A DNA stretch of 64,000 nucleotides from Eledone cirrhosa (Eukaryota), in assembly GCA_964016885.1 (NCBI GenBank), contig CAXHJY010000082.1:124001-188000 (forward strand). Reading direction: 5' to 3'. The notes beneath the pieces were generated by a model. It was not told the origin of the DNA. It worked only from the letters and a program-made list of their open reading frames with translations, and did no database searches. Shown here piece by piece: positions 55,601-64,000 of the stretch (within the stretch, counting starts at the first letter, position 1; each line of letters starts with the position of its first letter). Made by a program: the position numbers and the translations under genes.

Positions 55601-58600
55601 GATGATGACTCTGGTGATGATGATTCTGACGATGATGACTATGGTGATGACGACTATGGTGATGATGACTATGGTGATGATGACTCTGGTGATGATGACT
55701 ATGGTGATGATGACTATGGTGATGATGACTATGGTGATGATGACTATGGTGATGATGACTATGGTGATGATGACTATGGTGATGATGACTCTGACGATGA
55801 TGACTATGGTGATGATGACTATGGTGATGATGACTATGGTGATGATGACTATGGTGATGATGACTCTGACGATGATGACTATGGTGATGATGACTATGGT
55901 GATGATGACTATGGTGATGATGACTCTGGTGATGATGACTATAGTGATGATGACTCTGACGATGATGACTATGGTGATGATGACTATGGTGATGATGACT
56001 CTGGTGATGATGACTCTGGTGATGATGACTCTGACGATGATGACTATGGTGATGATGACTATGGTGATGATGACTCTGACGATGATGACTATGGTGATGA
56101 TGACTATGGTGATGATGACTCTGGTGATGATGACTCTGGTGATGATGACTCTGGTGATGATGACTATGGTGATGATGACTATGGTGATGATGACTATGGT
56201 GATGATGACTCTGGTGATGATGACTATGGTGATGATGACTATGGTGATGATGACTATGGTGATGATGACTATGGTGATGATGACTCTGGTGATGATGACT
56301 ATGGTGATGATGATTCTGGTGATGATGACTATGGTGATGATGACGCTGACGATGATGACTCTGGTGATGATGACTATGGTGATGATGACTATGCTGATGA
56401 TGACTATGGTGATGATGACTATGGTGATGATGACTCTGGTGATGATGACTATGGTGATGATGACTATGGTGATGATGACTCTGGTGATGATGATTCTGAC
56501 GATGATGACTATGGTGATGACGACTATGGTGATGATGACTATGGTGATGATGACTCTGGTGATGATGACTATGGTGATGAAGACTCTGGTGATGATGACT
56601 CTGGTGATGATGACTATGGTGATGATGACTATGGTGATGATGACTCTGGTGATGATGACTCTGGTGATGATGACTATGGTGATGATGACTATGGTGATGA
56701 TGACTCTGGTGATGATGACTCTGGTGATGATGACTATGGTGATGATGACTATGGTGATGATGACTATGGTGATGATGACTCTGGTGATGATGACTATGGT
56801 GATGATGATTCTGAAGATGATGACTATTGTGATGATGACTATGGTGATGATGACTATGGTGATGATGACTATGGTGATGATGATTCTGACGATGATGACT
56901 ATGGTGATGATGACTATGGTGATGATGACTATGGTGATGCTGACTCTGGTGATGATGACTATGGTGATGATGCCTCTGGTGATGATGACTCTGGTGATGA
57001 TGACTATGGTGATGATGACTATGGTGATGATGACTATGGTGATGATGACTATGGTGATGATGACTATGGTGATGATGACTATGGTGATGATGACTATGGT
57101 GATGATGACTATGGTGATGATGACTATGGTGATGATGACTCTGACGATGATGACTATGGTGATGATGACTATGGTGATGATGACTATGGTGATGATGACT
57201 ATGGTGATGATGACTATGGTGATGATAACTATGGTGATGATGACTATGGTGATGATGACTCTGACGATGATGACTATGGTGATGATGAATATGGTGATGA
57301 TGACTCTGGTGATGATGACTCTGACGATGATGACTATGGTGATGATGACTATGGTGATGATGACTATGGTGATGATGACTCTCACGATGATGACTATGGT
57401 GATGATGACTCTGACGATGATGACTATGGTGATGATGACTATGGTGATGATGACTCTGGTGATGATGACTATGGTGATGATGCCTCTGGTGATGATGACT
57501 CTGGTGATGATGACTATGGTGATGATGACTATGGTGATGATGACTCTGGTGATGATGACTCTGACGATGATGACTCTGACGATGATGACTATGGTGATGA
57601 TGACTATGGTGATGATGACTATGGTGATGATGACTATGGTGATGATGACTATGGTGATGATGACTATGGTGATGATGACTCTGGTGATGATGACTATGGT
57701 GATGATGACTATGGTGATGATGACTATGGTGATGATGACTCTGACGATGATGACTCTGGTGATGATGACTATGGTGATGATGACTCTGGTGATGATGACT
57801 ATGGTGATGATGACTCTGACGATGATGACTCTGGTGATGATGACTATGGTGATGATGACTATGGTGATGATGACTATGGTGATGATGACTATGGTGATGA
57901 TGACTATGGTGATGATGATTCTGACGATGATGACTATGGTGATGATAACTATGGTGATGATGACTATGGTGATGATGACTCTGGTGATGATGACCCTGGT
58001 GATGATGACTATGGTGATGATGACTCTGGTGATGATGACTATGGTGATGATGACTATGGTGATGATGACTATGGTGATGATGACTCTGGTGATGATGACT
58101 ATGGTGATGATGATTCTGAAGATGATGACTATTGTGATGATGACTATGGTGATGATGACTATGGTGATGATGACTATGGTGATGATGATTCTGACGATGA
58201 TGACTATGGTGATGATGACTATGGTGATGATGACTATGGTGATGCTGACTCTGGTGATGATGACTATGGTGATGATGCCTCTGGTGATGATGACTCTGGT
58301 GATGATGACTATGGTGATGATGACTATGGTGATGATGACTATGGTGATGATGACTATGGTGATGATGACTATGGTGATGATGACTCTGACGATGATGACT
58401 ATGGTGATGATGACTATGGTGATGATGACTATGGTGATGATGACTCTGACGATGATGACTATGGTGATGATGACTATGGTGATCATGACTATGGTGATGA
58501 TGACTATGGTGATGATGACTATGGTGATGATAACTATGGTGATGATGACTATGGTGATGATGACTCTGACGATGATGACTATGGTGATGATGAATATGGT

Positions 58601-59760
58601 GATGATGACTCTGGTGATGATGACTCTGACGATGATGACTATGGTGATGATGACTATGGTGATGATGACTATGGTGATGATGACTCTGACGATGATGACT
58701 ATGGTGATGATGACTATGGTGATGATGACTATGGTGATGATGACTATTGTGATGATGACTCTGGTGATGATGACTATGGTTATGATGACTATGGTGATGA
58801 TGACTCTGACGACGATGACTATGGTGATGATGACTCTGGTGATGATGACTCTGACGATGATGACTATGGTGATGATGACTCTGACGATGATGACTATGGT
58901 GATGATGACTATGGTGATGATGACTATGGTGATGATGACTATGGTGATGATGACTATGGTGATGATGACTCTGGTGATGATGACTATGGTGATAATGACT
59001 ATGGTGATGATGACTCTGGTGATGATGACTATGGTGATGATGACTCTGGTGATGATGACTATGGTGATGATGACTCTGGTGATGATGACTATGGTGATGA
59101 TGACTCTGACGATGATGACTCTGGTGATGATGACTATGGTGATGATGACTATGCTGATGATGACTATGGTGATGATGACTATGGTGATGATGACTCTGGT
59201 GATGATGACTATGGTGATGATGACTATGGTGATGATGACTCTGGTGATGATGATTCTGACGATGATGACTATGGTGATGACGACTATGGTGATGATGACT
59301 ATGGTGATGATGACTCTGGTGATGATGACTATGGTGATGATGACTCTGGTGATGATGACTCTGGTGATGATGACTATGGTGATGATGACTATGGTGATGA
59401 TGACTATGGTGATGATGACTATGGTGATGATGACTATGGTGATGATGACTCTGACGATGATGACTATGGTGATGATGACTATGGTGATGATGACTATGGT
59501 GATGATGACTATGGTGATGATGACTCTGACGATGATGACTATGGTGATGATGACTATGGTGATGATGACTATGGTGATGATGACTCTGGTGATGATGACT
59601 ATAGTGATGATGACTCTGACGATGATGACTATGGTGATGATGACTATGGTGATGATGACTCTGGTGATGATGACTCTGGTGATGATGACTCTGACGATGA
59701 TGACTATGGTGATGATGACTATGGTGATGATGACTCTGACGATGATGACTATGGTGATGA
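52700..59760. repeat. Tandem duplication with ~3,615-bp (241-unit) offset (boundaries approximate)
   Basis: GAAGACTCT 52964/56579 and TCTCAC 53765/57380. CCT 54365/57995 is shifted by one extra unit. Confidence 0.75.
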
Positions 59761-62700
59761 TGACTATGGTGATGATGACTCTGGTGATGATGACTCTGGT
59801 GATGATGACTCTGGTGATGATGACTCTGACGATGATGACTATGGTGATGATGACTCTGACGATGATGACTATGGTGATGATGACTTTGACGATGATGACT
59901 CTGGTGATGATGACTATGGTGATGATGACTATGGTGATGATGACTATGGTGATCATGACTATGGTGATGATGACTATGGTGATGATGACTATGGTGATGA
60001 TGACTATGGTGATGATGACTCTGGTGATGATGACTATGGTGATGATGACTATGGTGATGATGACTATGGTAATGATGACTATGGTGATGATGACTATGGT
60101 GATGATGACTATGGTGATGATGACTATGGTGATGATGACTATTGTGATGATGACTCTGGTGATGATGACTATGGTGATGATGACTCTGACGATGATGACT
60201 ATGGTGATGATGACTATGGTGATGATGACTATGGTGATGATGACTATGGTGATGATGACTATTGTGATGATGACTCTGGTGATGATGACTATGGTTATGA
60301 TGACTATGGTGATGATGACTATGGTGATGATGACTATGGTGATGATGACTATGGTGATGATGACTATGGTGATGATGACTATTGTGATGATGACTCTGGT
60401 GATGATGACTATGGTTATGATGACTATGGTGATGATGACTCTGACGATGATGACTATGGTGATGATGACTCTGGTGATGATGACTCTGACGATGATGACT
60501 ATGGTGATGATGACTCTGACGATGATGACTATGGTGATGATGACTATGGTGATGATGACTATGGTGATGATGACTATGGTGATGATGACTATGGTGATGA
60601 TGACTCTGGTGATGATGACTATGGTGATGATGACTATGGTGATGATGACTATGGTGATGATGACTCTGACGATGATGACTCTGGTGATGATGACTATGGT
60701 GATGATGACTCTGGTGATGATGACTATGGTGATGATGACTCTGACGATGATGACTCTGGTGATGATGACTATGGTGATGATGACTATGGTGATGATGACT
60801 ATGGTGATGATGACTATGGTGATGATGACTATGGTGATGATGATTCTGACGATGATGACTATGGTGATGATAACTATGGTGATGATGACTATGGTGATGA
60901 TGACTCTGGTGATGATGACCCTGGTGATGATGACTCTGGTGATGATGACTCTGGTGATGATGACTATGGTGATGATGACTATGGTGATGATGACTATGGT
61001 GATGATGACTCTGGTGATGATGACTATGGTGATGATGATTCTGAAGATGATGACTATTGTGATGATGACTATGGTGATGATGACTATGGTGATGATGACT
61101 ATGGTGATGATGATTCTGACGATGATGACTATGGTGATGATGACTATGGTGATGATGACTATGGTGATGCTGACTCTGGTGATGATGACTATGGTGATGA
61201 TGCCTCTGGTGATGATGACTCTGGTGATGATGACTATGGTGATGATGACTATGGTGATGATGACTATGGTGATGATGACTATGGTGATGATGACTATGGT
61301 GATGATGACTCTGACGATGATGACTATGGTGATGATGACTATGGTGATGATGACTATGGTGATGATGACTCTGACGATGATGACTATGGTGATGATGACT
61401 ATGGTGATCATGACTATGGTGATGATGACTATGGTGATGATGACTATGGTGATGATAACTATGGTGATGATGACTATGGTGATGATGACTCTGACGATGA
61501 TGACTATGGTGATGATGAATATGGTGATGATGACTCTGGTGATGATGACTCTGACGATGATGACTATGGTGATGATGACTATGGTGATGATGACTATGGT
61601 GATGATGACTCTGACGATGATGACTATGGTGATGATGACTATGGTGATGATGACTATGGTGATGATGACTATTGTGATGATGACTCTGGTGATGATGACT
61701 ATGGTTATGATGACTATGGTGATGATGACTCTGACGACGATGACTATGGTGATGATGACTCTGGTGATGATGACTCTGACGATGATGACTATGGTGATGA
61801 TGACTCTGACGATGATGACTATGGTGATGATGACTATGGTGATGATGACTATGGTGATGATGACTATGGTGATGATGACTATGGTGATGATGACTCTGGT
61901 GATGATGACTATGGTGATAATGACTATGGTGATGATGACTCTGGTGATGATGACTATGGTGATGATGACTCTGGTGATGATGACTATGGTGATGATGACT
62001 CTGGTGATGATGACTATGGTGATGATGACTCTGACGATGATGACTCTGGTGATGATGACTATGGTGATGATGACTATGCTGATGATGACTATGGTGATGA
62101 TGACTATGGTGATGATGACTCTGGTGATGATGACTATGGTGATGATGACTATGGTGATGATGACTCTGGTGATGATGATTCTGACGATGATGACTATGGT
62201 GATGACGACTATGGTGATGATGACTATGGTGATGATGACTCTGGTGATGATGACTATGGTGATGATGACTCTGGTGATGATGACTCTGGTGATGATGACT
62301 ATGGTGATGATGACTATGGTGATGATGACTATGGTGATGATGACTATGGTGATGATGACTATGGTGATGATGACTCTGACGATGATGACTATGGTGATGA
62401 TGACTATGGTGATGATGACTATGGTGATGATGACTATGGTGATGATGACTCTGACGATGATGACTATGGTGATGATGACTATGGTGATGATGACTATGGT
62501 GATGATGACTCTGGTGATGATGACTATAGTGATGATGACTCTGACGATGATGACTATGGTGATGATGACTATGGTGATGATGACTCTGGTGATGATGACT
62601 CTGGTGATGATGACTCTGACGATGATGACTATGGTGATGATGACTATGGTGATGATGACTCTGACGATGATGACTATGGTGATGATGACTATGGTGATGA

Positions 62701-63550
62701 TGACTCTGGTGATGATGACTCTGGTGATGATGACTCTGGTGATGATGACTCTGACGATGATGACTATGGTGATGATGACTCTGACGATGATGACTATGGT
62801 GATGATGACTTTGACGATGATGACTCTGGTGATGATGACTATGGTGATGATGACTATGGTGATGATGACTATGGTGATCATGACTATGGTGATGATGACT
62901 ATGGTGATGATGACTATGGTGATGATGACTATGGTGATGATGACTCTGGTGATGATGACTATGGTGATGATGACTATGGTGATGATGACTATGGTAATGA
63001 TGACTATGGTGATGATGACTATGGTGATGATGACTATGGTGATGATGACTCTGGTGATGATGACTCTGGTGATGATGACTATGGTTATGATGACTATGGT
63101 GATGATGACTCTGACGATGATGACTATGGTGATGATGACTATGGTGATGATGACTATGGTGATGATGACTATGGTGATGATGACTATTGTGATGATGACT
63201 CTGGTGATGATGACTATGGTTATGATGACTATGGTGATGATGACTATGGTGATGATGACTATGGTGATGATGACTATGGTGATGATGACTATGGTGATGA
63301 TGACTATTGTGATGATGACTCTGGTGATGATGACTATGGTTATGATGACTATGGTGATGATGACTCTGACGATGATGACTATGGTGATGATGACTCTGGT
63401 GATGATGACTCTGACGATGATGACTATGGTGATGATGACTCTGACGATGATGACTATGGTGATGATGACTATGGTGATGATGACTATGGTGATGATGACT
63501 ATGGTGATGATGACTATGGTGATGATGACTCTGGTGATGATGACTATGGT
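57700..63550. repeat. Tandem duplication with 2,925-bp (195-unit) offset (boundaries approximate)
   Basis: CCT 57995/60920 and TTTGAC 59885/62810 share offset 2,925. Confidence 0.8.
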
Positions 63551-64000
63551 GATGATGACTATGGTGATGATGACTATGGTGATGATGACTATGGTGATGA
63601 TGACTCTGGTGATGATGACTATGGTGATGATGACTCTGGTGATGATGACTATGGTGATGATGACGCTGACGATGATGACTCTGGTGATGATGACTATGGT
63701 GATGATGACTATGCTGATGATGACTATGGTGATGATGACTATGGTGATGATGACTCTGGTGATGATGACTATGGTGATGATGACTATGGTGATGATGACT
63801 CTGGTGATGATGATTCTGACGATGATGACTATGGTGATGACGACTATGGTGATGATGACTATGGTGATGATGACTCTGGTGATGATGACTATGGTGATGA
63901 AGACTCTGGTGATGATGACTCTGGTGATGATGACTATGGTGATGATGACTATGGTGATGATGACTCTGGTGATGATGACTCTGGTGATGATGACTATGGT

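Larger units (their letters stand above)
1..64000. repeat. 15-bp tandem repeat array (satellite/giant minisatellite), consensus TMTGGTGATGATGAC, about 4,270 units, open at both window edges
   Basis: The 15-bp period is visible on every line. Main unit types are TATGGTGATGATGAC (most common), TCTGGTGATGATGAC and TCTGACGATGATGAC. Phase shifts only at ~9316, 12598, 17711, 41304 and 48367. Unit count = (64000+11)/15. Confidence 0.99.

Noticed and set aside
12104-62881. Minus-strand ORFs (IIT(I/R)V)n and poly-His (HHHHS)n as membrane or metal-binding proteins
   Set aside because: They are antisense shadows of the repeat. The His frame is repeatedly stopped at TCTAGT variants and the Ile frame at the TCA variants (40854, 47932).
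1-64000. Absence of substitution-derived stops in the Asp frame as evidence of selection
   Set aside because: Only TAT>TAA/TAG gives a one-step stop from the consensus, and there are only a few dozen independent variants, mostly non-synonymous. Zero stops is not surprising.
1-64000. CRISPR array
   Set aside because: There are no unique spacers; units abut directly; no cas genes.
1-64000. Telomerase-made repeat or reverse-transcriptase rolling-circle concatemer (DRT2/neo-like endless ORF)
   Set aside because: There is G-over-C strand skew, but kb-scale blocks with inherited variant order indicate DNA-level duplication, not repeated copying of one short template. No RT or chromosome end is visible.
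1-64000. Staphylococcal Sdr/Clf SD-repeat or RTX nonapeptide adhesin region
   Set aside because: Those use 18-bp SD-dipeptide or GGxGxDxUx units with flanking domains; neither pattern is present.
1-64000. Pure sequencing or simulation artefact
   Set aside because: Rare variants and indels recur in identical multi-kb contexts, which random error would not produce. Copy number of the large blocks could still be misassembled.
1-64000. Inversions, hairpins, terminators or G-quadruplexes
   Set aside because: All units are in one orientation with no CATCATC tracts on the + strand. G-runs are mostly GG separated by 13 nt, with only isolated GGGG variants.

Overview
The whole 64 kb window is one uninterrupted tandem array (about 4,270 copies) of a 15-bp unit, consensus T(A/C)T GGT GAT GAT GAC, with a common third type TCT GAC GAT GAT GAC. 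I found no unique sequence, conventional gene, RNA gene, CRISPR or transposon, and both array edges lie outside the window. The giant ORFs in the track follow from a 15-bp unit lacking stops in most frames (GDDDY/S, MMT(M/L)V, antisense IIT(I/R)V and HHHHS). Rare unit variants act as barcodes and show: nested near-identical duplications from 120 bp to about 7 kb, including a 6.7 kb block repeated 31,898 bp away; two variant subfamilies meeting near 41.3 kb; only five phase-breaking indels (one 3-bp, plus four copies of one ancestral 2-bp deletion). Each 2-bp deletion stops the Asp-rich frame (TGG TGA) and puts an overlapping ATG in frame with the next Asp-rich segment, so the array can formally be read as tandem MMTGDDDY...W* ORFs resembling acidic biomineral proteins. 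The most parsimonious reading is a young, actively turning-over satellite. Coding function is unproven and the organism cannot be determined. All coordinates were read by eye.
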